From the sequence record NC_016571.1: DNA of 64,000 nt. One strand, 5' to 3'. Position numbers and translations under genes: made by a program. Below are positions 36,595-45,919 of the stretch, piece by piece. Under the pieces are notes generated by a model, which saw nothing but the letters and a program-made list of their open reading frames with translations, had not been told where the DNA came from and ran no database searches. How positions within the stretch are numbered: position 1 is the first letter of the stretch; each line of letters begins with the position of its first letter.

Positions 36595-37572
36595 ATGAGC
36601 AAGCAGATTTGGAACCACAGTCCTTTCGTCCACAGTGAGTGGGTGGAGTTTACCGGACTACGTTTTAAGAACCCGTACATGCTCCGTCTTAAAGATGGTC
36701 GTGAACTACCAGGCTATCCCAATGCAGGTGCTTGGGCAGTTGAGTATAATGCCTGGATCGAGGATAGTGAGGTAACTCACATCATGCCTTTACCCGATAA
36801 CTATCCTGGGCTGGGTCGCCAAATGCCCGGTGGTTTCAGGATTGCTCGTGACATCGAGTATTTCGGTAAGCGCTATCCTGTTTGGTGCGGAACCAAAGAT
36901 GGGTTTGTCAGAGAAAACCAAATCCCTAAAGGAAAGGAAATTCTCCCAATCCGTATCATGGCTTACCGCGATAAGAAAGATACCACCAAGAAGGTTCATC
37001 TCTTCGTTACCCAGGGTTTGTTAGTTGATATTCATCCTTCTAATGTATCTCTGGAGTCAATGCAGAAATATACCGAAGTCCCTGGATTCTGGCCCGATGA
37101 CGACGTTCAGGTATTGTCGTGTGACGAACTGGTACACTGTATCAACAATGCAGCTGTGTACAAACAGTTAGAGTCCACAGAACCATTAGTCCCAGAGATC
37201 ACTAAGTATCTCCGCGAGGTTATTGGTTTGACTCCTCAACGATATCTTCCATTATTCGGGTTTGTGGTAACTCAGTGGAAAAAGGATAAGGAAGATTTCT
37301 GCCGTCAATTAGAAATGGGAATGATCGTCCAAGATAAAGTCAAAGACCGCATGGAGCAATGGCGTATCCTGGAGAAACCCAAGCTTACTAAGACTGCCCG
37401 CGCCAAGTTAATTAACTTAAGTCGTGGTCCTGAGGTAGATAAAACCTTCACCATTGAAATGTTGGAAATATCTAACTTCCTTAAGAACCCTCTCATTCTT
37501 CCTCCGGTCAAGTGGGAAGGAGCGAGTCGAGTATTCAATCCAGCTCATTATTTGAACTCACCTGGCCAATAA
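36595..37572 (+). CDS. Hypothetical protein
   Basis: 325 aa, GAGGT SD. Confidence 0.75.
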   Translation: MSKQIWNHSPFVHSEWVEFTGLRFKNPYMLRLKDGRELPGYPNAGAWAVEYNAWIEDSEVTHIMPLPDNYPGLGRQMPGGFRIARDIEYFGKRYPVWCGTKDGFVRENQIPKGKEILPIRIMAYRDKKDTTKKVHLFVTQGLLVDIHPSNVSLESMQKYTEVPGFWPDDDVQVLSCDELVHCINNAAVYKQLESTEPLVPEITKYLREVIGLTPQRYLPLFGFVVTQWKKDKEDFCRQLEMGMIVQDKVKDRMEQWRILEKPKLTKTARAKLINLSRGPEVDKTFTIEMLEISNFLKNPLILPPVKWEGASRVFNPAHYLNSPGQ

Positions 37573-37580
37573 GGAATCGC

Positions 37581-37934
37581 ATGAGCATAACTAAAATAAG
37601 ATCGGGTGTCCGTGTCTCTGGGTCTTTAAAAACCCTTGATATGGATACCAGTATTTTAGCGCTAATAAAAACACGGCTGAGAAGACTGTACTCTGAAGCT
37701 GACCAGTCGGTCTTTGCCTACATCATCAATCCATTAGTGACCACCAGAGCCAATCAGTTATCGGACGATAAGTTCCGCGCTCGTGTTAAGAGTGAATTAC
37801 TGAAGCACGCCCAAATGGTGTTCCCTGATCGTAATTATACCGAGGTTAGTGATTACTCGGTGTTGTATAATGCGATTGTTGATTTCATTAAGGAGCGCAA
37901 CGATAAGATCAGCGCCTACCAAAGGAATAAATGA
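37581..37934 (+). CDS. Hypothetical protein
   Basis: ATG 37581 with AAGGA SD; the track start at 37512 is an upstream GTG. Confidence 0.65.
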   Translation: MSITKIRSGVRVSGSLKTLDMDTSILALIKTRLRRLYSEADQSVFAYIINPLVTTRANQLSDDKFRARVKSELLKHAQMVFPDRNYTEVSDYSVLYNAIVDFIKERNDKISAYQRNK

Positions 37935-38185
37935 TGGAAATAAACTTATATGTTGCTATGGGGTTAGTATTCTTGGTTGGCTCGGTACTTCTTATTAGTG
38001 AGGTAGTGTTTAGCTATACCCATTACGCTCGAGTGGAGCCGAGGATGTCATACGAAGAGGATGTCCGTTATTCGCGCATTCTTAAAGAGATGTTGTTCCG
38101 GCGAATATTAATTATTGGCATTGCAGTTAGTGTGAGTGAAGCACTCCTCATCGCTATGCAATTAGCCAACGTCTTTTATAAATAG
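37931..38185 (+). CDS. Small two-TM membrane protein
   Basis: Two hydrophobic helices; ATGA overlap with the previous stop. Confidence 0.7.
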   Translation: MMEINLYVAMGLVFLVGSVLLISEVVFSYTHYARVEPRMSYEEDVRYSRILKEMLFRRILIIGIAVSVSEALLIAMQLANVFYK

Positions 38186-38194
38186 AGGGAATTT

Positions 38195-38440
38195 GTGCTC
38201 AATCTCATTTTAGCTTTTTCCATGGTTGCGGCAGTAGTTATGTTTGTAGCTGTGCTTGTGATGGAATCTATTTTCCTTGCAAGAGATCTCGGTCGACGTA
38301 TTAAGAATATCCCAGAGTCAGTTCGCTCTTTCCACCGTGCTTGGTTAATCAAGACGTTCCTTGTAAGGATGGGTGGTATGGGTGTTATCTTATTCCTGAT
38401 TGAATCAGTAGGTTGGACTTATATTTATCAAACATTATAG
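38195..38440 (+). CDS. Small two-TM membrane protein
   Basis: GTG start with GAGGGA SD; same layout as 37931. Confidence 0.7.
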   Translation: MLNLILAFSMVAAVVMFVAVLVMESIFLARDLGRRIKNIPESVRSFHRAWLIKTFLVRMGGMGVILFLIESVGWTYIYQTL

Positions 38441-38448
38441 AGAGCGCT

Positions 38449-39054
38449 ATGAGTAAATACCCAAGTATCGAAGCTGCATTGGTGGATGGACCCGGATCTA
38501 TGACCGGTAGCATTAACGAAGCATTCAGTGTTGGTGTGATGCGTGAGATCGGTGATTCTATCGATGGCGGATTAACCAGTTGGCTGAATGAAGTTGGTGT
38601 ACCTCGTCGTTTTCACTTTGCTTTCAAGGTGAAACGTCTGAAGAGTTTAATGGTGGATGATGTTAGCACCCACTCATTCCTCTCTTTACTTAAAGAAACC
38701 TTCAAGCTTCAATACGGGGATTGGATCTCCCTTATTCACATTGATCCGCCAGAGAAGTATAACTCTTCTCATTTACAGAAATTCCTGATGTTTACCGTCT
38801 ACAGTGCATTACTTGAAGATCTTAAAGATCATCATGCAGCGTTCAAGTCTACGCTGGTGTACCTCGATGATATTGAACATCATGTAAATCTGTTTAATCG
38901 TGTTCTTTCTAACTTACCTGATGCGACTATCATTGATGAAGTTATTATCAGCCAGGAGGTTGTACGGAGAGCAGCTAGAACACTTATCGATAAAGGCGTT
39001 ATGCAATTAACCTGGGATACAATTGAATATCGTCAAGGTATTATACTGAGCTAA
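38449..39054 (+). CDS. Hypothetical protein
   Basis: ATG 38449 (MSKYPSIE...); the track start is TTG. Confidence 0.7.
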   Translation: MSKYPSIEAALVDGPGSMTGSINEAFSVGVMREIGDSIDGGLTSWLNEVGVPRRFHFAFKVKRLKSLMVDDVSTHSFLSLLKETFKLQYGDWISLIHIDPPEKYNSSHLQKFLMFTVYSALLEDLKDHHAAFKSTLVYLDDIEHHVNLFNRVLSNLPDATIIDEVIISQEVVRRAARTLIDKGVMQLTWDTIEYRQGIILS

Positions 39055-39059
39055 CATAC

Positions 39060-39097
39060 GAGAACCTACCCGTAATGGGTAGGTTCTCTATTATGTT
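39060..39097. repeat. 38-bp element (terminator hairpin plus flank), exact inverted copy at 54282-54319
   Basis: GAGAACCTACCC gtaat GGGTAGGTTCTC TATTATGTT. Confidence 0.85.
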
Positions 39098-39129
39098 GTT
39101 TGTTTTTCTTTTCGGTATAAATTTACAGG

Positions 39130-39151
39130 CAGATATTATCCTAGTGTATAA
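39130..39151 (+). promoter_or_regulatory. Putative phage promoter motif, copy 3
   Basis: CAGATATTATC-ctagt-GTATAA, 25 nt upstream of ATG 39177. Confidence 0.6.
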
Positions 39152-39176
39152 CCGCAAACATTTAACCTGGAGATAA

Positions 39177-40181
39177 ATGATGGATAAGAAAATTGGGTAC
39201 ATTACCAAACCAGTCATGCCCGTAGCAAACTGGGAAGAAGAATTGAAACACTTTGGTATTTTAAGTGACTGTGTCACCGTTGCGGAATTGGAAAGCATCA
39301 AACCAATTCGTAGTGATTACGATTCCTGGATCTTCAATGTTCCGACCGAACTCATGGAGCGTATCAATGCACGTATCCTTGAAATGGGAATCACCCGCGA
39401 AGAAGCTGAAACCATAGTTGGTAAAATGGTTGCTTGGGTTCAGTATTCATCCAGTACAGGTGCGGTGTATGAATTGGACTCTGTTCCCAAAATGAAGTTA
39501 TCTCCCGAGTTTTCTTGGGCAGACTTCAAACCTAATCCAAATCTACATCGTATTAATGCGGACGCTTCTGATGTCGAAATCAAAGGTGTTCATTTGAAAT
39601 CGTCACGTCCAACGGCTCGTGACAAGGTCATGGTTATGTTAGCCACTTTGTCAGAACTCGAATTACAAGACGACTTCCCAGGTGTGGAACATGATGTCTT
39701 GGAATATGTGGCTTATTGGGGCAATGATGATTATGTCATGGGTGCTGATATGGGGAAATACCTCGAGTCGGTCACCATAGATGGTAAAGCAGTGCATCCT
39801 CGTCACTACATCTACTGCAAACCACAGAAAGCTGTTATCTGGTTGGGTTACGAATTACTTCGTGGTAACCGCCCACAGGTGGTTCTGAAACATGATCCAG
39901 AAAACGACCTCCGTGAGTTCATTGGTTTGCCTGACGACCATCCGCTGAAGAAAGGGGTACTTGCCTTAGCCCGCGAGAACCGTGTAACAGGTAAAACACT
40001 TTACCGTGAAGTTGCCTTATCTGGTGGCTTCCCACTAGGTCGGTCTTTTGCCGAACCATGTACTGAACAATTTGTTGATGACCGACCTGAAACCATCAAA
40101 GGTAACAGTCGCCAGCGCATCGTCGATAATGGTAAACATAAATGGCCAGCTGCCAAAACTCGGAAAGGACATCGCAAATGA
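39177..40181 (+). CDS. Hypothetical protein with basic C-terminal WP...KGHRK tail
   Basis: 334 aa, GGAG SD. Confidence 0.75.
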   Translation: MMDKKIGYITKPVMPVANWEEELKHFGILSDCVTVAELESIKPIRSDYDSWIFNVPTELMERINARILEMGITREEAETIVGKMVAWVQYSSSTGAVYELDSVPKMKLSPEFSWADFKPNPNLHRINADASDVEIKGVHLKSSRPTARDKVMVMLATLSELELQDDFPGVEHDVLEYVAYWGNDDYVMGADMGKYLESVTIDGKAVHPRHYIYCKPQKAVIWLGYELLRGNRPQVVLKHDPENDLREFIGLPDDHPLKKGVLALARENRVTGKTLYREVALSGGFPLGRSFAEPCTEQFVDDRPETIKGNSRQRIVDNGKHKWPAAKTRKGHRK

Positions 40182-40435
40182 AAGACACAATCAACACTTT
40201 AACCCATGCGGCATTATTGGCAGTGGGTAAGAAAATGAGAGAGCAGGGTATCTCTGGGGGACTTATTTCAGATATACACTTCAGTCACCTCAGAAGACAA
40301 CAGCCTATCTTTGACCAACCGCGCGGTATTGATCTCCCCACCAATGACGGGTTCCAAGAGAAACGAAATCGTCAAGTACGTCAGGGTAAGAAATCTGCCT
40401 GGCCAGTTCCTCGTGGGAAGGGGCATCGTTATTAA
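40178..40435 (+). CDS. Hypothetical protein with basic C-terminal WP...KGHRY tail
   Basis: ATGA overlap, AAAGGA SD; 85 aa. Confidence 0.7.
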   Translation: MKDTINTLTHAALLAVGKKMREQGISGGLISDIHFSHLRRQQPIFDQPRGIDLPTNDGFQEKRNRQVRQGKKSAWPVPRGKGHRY

Positions 40436-40581
40436 TGAAATATGCTTTGGAGTACATAAGTAAGAAACGTGCGACACAACGGTGGTATCAGTCTCCGGAG
40501 TTTAGCGTGTTTCTTATTATATTAATCGCTACGGTCATTTCTCTGGCCGTAACTTATTTTGTCTATCGAGGACAGCCGTAA
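40435..40581 (+). CDS. 48-aa single-TM membrane protein (below the ORF-track cutoff)
   Basis: MKYALEYISKKRATQRWYQSPEFSVFLIILIATVISLAVTYFVYRGQP, with TAATG overlaps at both ends. Confidence 0.75.
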   Translation: MKYALEYISKKRATQRWYQSPEFSVFLIILIATVISLAVTYFVYRGQP

Positions 40582-40904
40582 TGAAGTTGACAGGTCCAAA
40601 GGTGAAGGCAGATTTAATCAAAGGAATTATTATTTTGATTATCTGTTTGTTTTCCGTAATCATCGGGTTCACCTACATAGGTTATAAAGAAGAACATCGC
40701 CGTATCGAAAAAGGTGTTAATATTTTAACTGGAATGGGGTACAACAAAACCGAAATCATCAAAGGCAAAGCAGTGTGCCCTAAAGGTGAATACGGACGCT
40801 GGTATCACGCTGTCAATAAAGACGGTAAAGAAGAACGCGGTGTACTGTGTGTAACCGGGGACACTGGATTACCATACACCATCCCTGCTCCTAAGGATAA
40901 ATAA
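40581..40904 (+). CDS. Membrane-anchored protein with two-Cys periplasmic domain
   Basis: N-terminal TM, then MGY...C...GVLC. Confidence 0.7.
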   Translation: MKLTGPKVKADLIKGIIILIICLFSVIIGFTYIGYKEEHRRIEKGVNILTGMGYNKTEIIKGKAVCPKGEYGRWYHAVNKDGKEERGVLCVTGDTGLPYTIPAPKDK

Positions 40905-41141
40905 ATGCAATCTGAATTACTCATTTTAATTCTGTCTCAGGTCACCCTTACCGGGATTGTACTCATCCTGGCTGTTCTGGAGGTGGCTAAAATGTATCAC
41001 CGTATGTTCTATGCTGGAGAGGATGCTCGTAAAGCTAAGAGTGCCGTGGATAACTGTAAACACCAGCTCTGGACCATCATGGGTATCTACATGGTCCTGA
41101 CTGTGGTCCAGTTCTACAAATCGGGCATTCCTATTTTCTAA
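40905..41141 (+). CDS. Small two-TM membrane protein
   Basis: Two hydrophobic helices, AAGGA SD. Confidence 0.7.
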   Translation: MQSELLILILSQVTLTGIVLILAVLEVAKMYHRMFYAGEDARKAKSAVDNCKHQLWTIMGIYMVLTVVQFYKSGIPIF

Positions 41142-41153
41142 CCAGAGGTAACT

Positions 41154-41825
41154 ATGACACAGTTAGTTGAAGGACCAAACTTCGCATATTCAAATTGCGG
41201 AATTGATATGGTTATTCCTTTCCACCCAAGGGTATACCATCTCGTTGATAAGATCCACCTTAATACGTGGGCTGCAATCTTTTCGGTAGCATTATATAAC
41301 GTTGCCCATGAAGGTGAAGAACAAATCAACGAACGCAGTTTTATTCAGGATTCTATTATGCATCTTGAATTCGGATATGAACGACATACGGTCGCTGCTG
41401 ACATCGCTCAGTATCTTGCCAATACTCGTGACTTGTTAAAGATGTATTACATGCAGTGCGTCAATGACTATGTAATCAAAGCCATGAATATTGATAAGAC
41501 CAAATCCTCTACTCAATCTGGGGACTATACAGTAAGGAAGATTATTCATTACTGGCTGCGTACTGAGCTGAGTCATTTATGTGGAAAATCAACCCACCAT
41601 ACTACCTGGAGTACGGTATCTGATTTGTTCAAAGATCATGGTGTGTTGCTCCCAGCTATCTGGCTGGAAACATTTGGGTTATATGCTGAAGAACCAATTA
41701 GTCCGTTCGCCCAACTTGCGGCTGCTTCAATGAACGGTGATGATGTTACGACTATTGATGTCAGGGTGACTAACACTGATACCGGTGTTCATTTCGAAAC
41801 CATGGACAATGGTAGTTCTGAATAA
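41154..41825 (+). CDS. Hypothetical protein
   Basis: 223 aa, GAGGT SD. Confidence 0.75.
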   Translation: MTQLVEGPNFAYSNCGIDMVIPFHPRVYHLVDKIHLNTWAAIFSVALYNVAHEGEEQINERSFIQDSIMHLEFGYERHTVAADIAQYLANTRDLLKMYYMQCVNDYVIKAMNIDKTKSSTQSGDYTVRKIIHYWLRTELSHLCGKSTHHTTWSTVSDLFKDHGVLLPAIWLETFGLYAEEPISPFAQLAAASMNGDDVTTIDVRVTNTDTGVHFETMDNGSSE

Positions 41826-41847
41826 TAGTTCGATTTCAGGAGCTTTA

Positions 41848-42186
41848 ATGGCGACAATTCAATTTAAAGATGTAGATTTCTTTGGTCTAAAGTTGTTGGA
41901 TAAAGAGAACTGCCGTTTCTGTGTTAGATCCGGTAAAGCCTTTATGTATATTAATAATCAACGTTTTGATTTTGAAGATACTCCGGCAACAACAGAAATC
42001 ACTAAGTTCGGTTTAGACTTTGAAGCAGTAAACATGGACACCAGTAAAGATGTCACTGTTGAAGGCTTCATTTTCTTCTGGCAAAAAGAATCCTTTTATG
42101 CCGCCGCAATTATTGACCTTAAACGTAAACACCCACCTATCGTTATCCGGGCCGGTGATGCTTTAAAGGAAATAGAAAATGAATGA
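41848..42186 (+). CDS. Hypothetical protein
   Basis: ATG 41848 with CAGGAG SD. Confidence 0.7.
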   Translation: MATIQFKDVDFFGLKLLDKENCRFCVRSGKAFMYINNQRFDFEDTPATTEITKFGLDFEAVNMDTSKDVTVEGFIFFWQKESFYAAAIIDLKRKHPPIVIRAGDALKEIENE

Positions 42187-42646
42187 CATGAAGAAAACCG
42201 AAGATGGGTATTACCAGTTGAGTGTCGGCGGACTTGATATAGAAAATGACAATGGTCGTATCTATCTCTCGCCAGGCGACTTTGATGACGATACTTATCC
42301 TGTTGACCATAAAGAATTGGCGATGGCTCAACAAGTAAGTAACCTGACTGCTGAGAACTATCAGAAGTTACGTGATGCGACTACTTACGAAGAACGTCTT
42401 GTCATTATCGAAGATGTTGCTACCTACAACCGCAGTAAGTTCAAATCCCTATCTAAACGTCGTAAGAAAATCTTTATAAAAGGATTTACGCATTACGACA
42501 TCAGAACGGGTGATTTGATTCACTATAATAACCGTGGATCCATCTGGGTATTCCCAGCTCCAATAACTCACACCTTCGTGGAGAAGACCGGTATACCGTT
42601 CGAGAACATGATGGGTGCCTGGGTTAGCGAGTTGATGCATCCATAA
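42179..42646 (+). CDS. Hypothetical protein; N-terminus reminiscent of prohead-protease folds
   Basis: DGYYQLSVGGLDIENDNGRIY; AAGGA SD. Confidence 0.65.
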   Translation: MNDMKKTEDGYYQLSVGGLDIENDNGRIYLSPGDFDDDTYPVDHKELAMAQQVSNLTAENYQKLRDATTYEERLVIIEDVATYNRSKFKSLSKRRKKIFIKGFTHYDIRTGDLIHYNNRGSIWVFPAPITHTFVEKTGIPFENMMGAWVSELMHP

Positions 42647-42700
42647 TACGTTTCAATCAACTGGAGTAATGCTCCGAAATATAACCACCAAGAGGTAATT

Positions 42701-43153
42701 ATGTTTAAAGCAATTTGGAAAGGCGTTAAGTGGTTCTTCAAGCAACCGGATGATTCCAAACTTCCGGTACGCGGAAAACCGATGTTCTCCCAACCAGGTC
42801 AGGTTCCTCGTGTAGGAACTAACATCCCAGTCAACCGTAATGTTGAAGGACGGTTGGTTGCTGGTGAGAAAGAACAAGGGATTATGAGCTCTTATGCTCA
42901 AATGGTTGCTCTGACCAATTCTGACACGCAAGCTATTGAGCTGGCTCAGTCTAAACGTTTTGGTCCGCATGCATTAACCGAAGCTGAAATCGAGTACGTA
43001 CTGGAGAACTCCGATATCGCTCACCAAAAGGACAAAGTTATTAAGGCAATCAACCTGGCACTGAACTTCCAATATGCCCGCTATACCACGGTCATTGACG
43101 AAGCCATTGCAAAGATTGATGCCGTTATCGAGCAGCCTTCTGTAGATAAATAA
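42701..43153 (+). CDS. Hypothetical protein
   Basis: 150 aa, GAGGT SD; amphipathic N-terminus MFKAIWKGVKWFFK. Confidence 0.75.
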   Translation: MFKAIWKGVKWFFKQPDDSKLPVRGKPMFSQPGQVPRVGTNIPVNRNVEGRLVAGEKEQGIMSSYAQMVALTNSDTQAIELAQSKRFGPHALTEAEIEYVLENSDIAHQKDKVIKAINLALNFQYARYTTVIDEAIAKIDAVIEQPSVDK

Positions 43154-43179
43154 CTTTCCAGTTTTAAAGCACTAAAATC

Positions 43180-43210
43180 AGGATAGGGTGGTGAAATACC
43201 ACTCTATCTT
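43180..43210 (+). terminator. Rho-independent terminator
   Basis: AGGATAGGGTGGT gaaat ACCACTCTATCTT followed by TTTCCC...TTCTTTTT. Confidence 0.7.
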
Positions 43211-43249
43211 TTTCCCACCTATTCTTTTTAATTTGTAAGGATTAGTGTA

Positions 43250-44686
43250 ATGACTAAGAAAGTAAAGAACAGTTCTCAGCCCGGTAGCCTGAATAAAGCG
43301 CTCCCTGAGAAAGCAAAGAAGGCCGTTGATACCATCGTTGACGATATTAAAAAGGCTGATGGCGAACTGGACAACAGCCAAGACTCGTTTGGGTTTGGTG
43401 GTATTACGGTTGAAGCTAAACCAGCTAAGCCATTCGAAGCGACCGTCGTTGAGCCTGTGAATATCCCGCAGCGGTTTTCCAAATATGGCCGTCGTGTTGA
43501 CATAACCAGAAAGCCAGAACTTATCGTGGGTGGTAAGGAAATCGAGCTGGTTGTATTAAAACCGGAAGAGTATCCGCGTGCTCTCAGCAGTACGTTCTAT
43601 AACCACGATAAAGACAATATCCTGGTTGCTCCTCGTGATACATCCAAGCACTCTGTAGCACATCCAGGTTGCACTCTCGAGCGTAAAGACTTAAAGGTTT
43701 ATAAGGCCATTGTCAATGGTACTGAAATCTTTATGACCGCAGGTTCTTCTCTGATCGTTAAGGAAACTGTCGTCAAAAATGGCTGCTCTGACCCGTGGGA
43801 TCTTGAAGAAGGATTTAATTCCACTTCTATCAAAGATCAAGACCCAGTCCTGGTTCTTATTGGTTCGGAATTAACCACCAGTTTATTGAACGTCAACGGG
43901 TATAACTTGTTGAACAACTCTTCTCTGGAGTCCAAGACAACATACCTGATGAATTCTCGTGTGATTGCGTCCCGTCTCCACTCTGAAGAGACGATTGACC
44001 TGGATAGCACCAACCTGAACTCCAGCGTTATCTCTGGAACTAAATGGTTGCGTTCTTCTAAGTCTGACTTGGCGTTACTTAACCTCGGGGGTATCCGACA
44101 TATTACTCTCGAGCGGGTTTCTACACGCGGTGATGGTTCGTTCTCTCTGACGACGTGGGCTAATAAAGACCGCTTATCTTTGCGCATTGCCGATATCACA
44201 CTGACAGAATTCAATATGAACTTCTCGTCTGATGATCTGCCGCTGGATAAGAACACCGGACCTGATACGGTAATCAACATTAACCGTCGCGTAGACTATG
44301 GTTACTTCTCGGGGATTATCCACGTTCCATTCATCCGTATCAATAAGTTTGATATGCTGGTTGGTGATAACGTGTTTACTGGTAAAGAGCTGAATCCGAC
44401 TTCCTTCCCTCAAGAAGAGAAGAAAGAAGAACTACTGCCAAATCCGAGCCCGTACGGTTATACTCCTCCTCTGTATCGCCCTGCCCCTTACTCTATGGGT
44501 GGAGCGCGTATGGATGATACCTGGAACAAAGCACGGAAGATCATTTCGTTCCAGGCTGCTGGTCATAACTATTCTGGTAAACAGAACCCACTGGGAACAC
44601 TGGGGGAATCATTGGTTGACACATTAGTCGATCAGATTCGTTCCCGTAACAAACTGTATATTGAACTGTTTTCATTTGTAAAGTAA
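43250..44686 (+). CDS. Hypothetical protein with central S/N/L-rich repeat-like region
   Basis: 478 aa, AAGGA SD. Confidence 0.75.
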   Translation: MTKKVKNSSQPGSLNKALPEKAKKAVDTIVDDIKKADGELDNSQDSFGFGGITVEAKPAKPFEATVVEPVNIPQRFSKYGRRVDITRKPELIVGGKEIELVVLKPEEYPRALSSTFYNHDKDNILVAPRDTSKHSVAHPGCTLERKDLKVYKAIVNGTEIFMTAGSSLIVKETVVKNGCSDPWDLEEGFNSTSIKDQDPVLVLIGSELTTSLLNVNGYNLLNNSSLESKTTYLMNSRVIASRLHSEETIDLDSTNLNSSVISGTKWLRSSKSDLALLNLGGIRHITLERVSTRGDGSFSLTTWANKDRLSLRIADITLTEFNMNFSSDDLPLDKNTGPDTVININRRVDYGYFSGIIHVPFIRINKFDMLVGDNVFTGKELNPTSFPQEEKKEELLPNPSPYGYTPPLYRPAPYSMGGARMDDTWNKARKIISFQAAGHNYSGKQNPLGTLGESLVDTLVDQIRSRNKLYIELFSFVK

Positions 44687-44698
44687 GAGAGGTGCATT

Positions 44699-45379
44699 AT
44701 GGAGGCTATTAACAAATTAGTCGCTGAGGAGCTGACTAAGCTAATGCATAGCTTCGGCAACCTGTTCATACATGTTTCGGGTGAGGGTAAGATTGACTTC
44801 CTCCAGAAAGATGGGCCAGGTTGGTTAGGGATGATTAAGTACGTAGTCTCTGGGGATATCGGGTGTATGAAACCTTATAAGGGTTACGACACCTGCGCAC
44901 TTGATCAAGCGATTGATTATCTGCTTAACCTGGAATACGCTCCTCACTTAAACTCATCCGCTAACGAAGAGTTTCTGCCTGATGATGAAACATGGAAGAA
45001 ATTCATCATGGACATTAAGGAAGAATGTTCTTATCAGGGACATCCAAAGCCGAAGTATAAGTTCGAGCTGTTAGGTGGTGATGACGGTAAAACTGTCGTG
45101 ACTACTGTCACACTTGAACCTATCTGCAATGAGTTCATTGTGGGTGAATACAAGGCAAGTCAGAAAGCTGAATTCATCGGAGAGATCGATGATTACGACC
45201 AGCCGAAGATTAATGGGTGTTGGGTGAAGGTTGGTGATAAGATTATCGATATTGAACTCGATAAACTGATTCATTTCCGCCACCGTAAATATCAGCCTCG
45301 TAAAGGGGACTATCTCCTGCACGATGAGAGTAAAGGTGTTTACATCATCCTTCCTCAAGCAGACTACTCAATCCACTAA
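44699..45379 (+). CDS. Hypothetical protein
   Basis: 226 aa, GAGGTG SD. Confidence 0.75.
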   Translation: MEAINKLVAEELTKLMHSFGNLFIHVSGEGKIDFLQKDGPGWLGMIKYVVSGDIGCMKPYKGYDTCALDQAIDYLLNLEYAPHLNSSANEEFLPDDETWKKFIMDIKEECSYQGHPKPKYKFELLGGDDGKTVVTTVTLEPICNEFIVGEYKASQKAEFIGEIDDYDQPKINGCWVKVGDKIIDIELDKLIHFRHRKYQPRKGDYLLHDESKGVYIILPQADYSIH

Positions 45380-45386
45380 CGCATAC

Positions 45387-45414
45387 GGTAAGAGGGGCTT
45401 CGGCTCCTCTTACC
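45387..45414 (+). terminator. c(UUCG)g hairpin terminator
   Basis: GGTAAGAGGGGC ttcg GCTCCTCTTACC then TATGTTTT; preceded by GCATA. Confidence 0.75.
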
Positions 45415-45445
45415 TATGTTTTCATTTGAATTATTTTTTAGCTCT

Positions 45446-45464
45446 ACATTATTAGAGTGTATAA
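45446..45464 (+). promoter_or_regulatory. Putative phage promoter motif, copy 4 (degenerate)
   Basis: ACATTATT-agagt-GTATAA; shares the upstream TTCATTTG at identical spacing with copy 2. Confidence 0.5.
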
Positions 45465-45500
45465 CTGATACAATTTTACTTACTTATAGAGAAAGGAATT

Positions 45501-45878
45501 ATGAATAATTGGACCCCGACCAAAATGGTTTCTGCATTAGCTGATGAAGAACATAAGCTGTATCCCCATCATTTAATTACTGCTGCACAAAACACGACCG
45601 TGGTTAATCCTATCGTCGATCATGCATTCTTCTACAACATCTCTAATCCGCCAGCGTCAGAAATGGAAAATCACTCTGTGGTGGCCAAACGTATGGCTGA
45701 GATTGAAGAACAGTTGACTGGATTTACTCCCGATGATAAAGTTCGGACATTATCAGACTTGCGTGATTTCTTCTACAAGCGTCTGTGTCGTGCTCAGCAT
45801 TCTGGCATCCAAGCTGCGGTAGTAGAATGTCGTAACCTGTTACAAGCAACTCGTTTAGTTGAAACTTCACTGCTGTAA
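45501..45878 (+). CDS. Hypothetical protein
   Basis: 125 aa, AAGGA SD. Confidence 0.75.
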   Translation: MNNWTPTKMVSALADEEHKLYPHHLITAAQNTTVVNPIVDHAFFYNISNPPASEMENHSVVAKRMAEIEEQLTGFTPDDKVRTLSDLRDFFYKRLCRAQHSGIQAAVVECRNLLQATRLVETSLL

Positions 45879-45919
45879 TTCGTAGTACCCTAACCCACCC
45901 TTATATAGAGAGATTAAAT

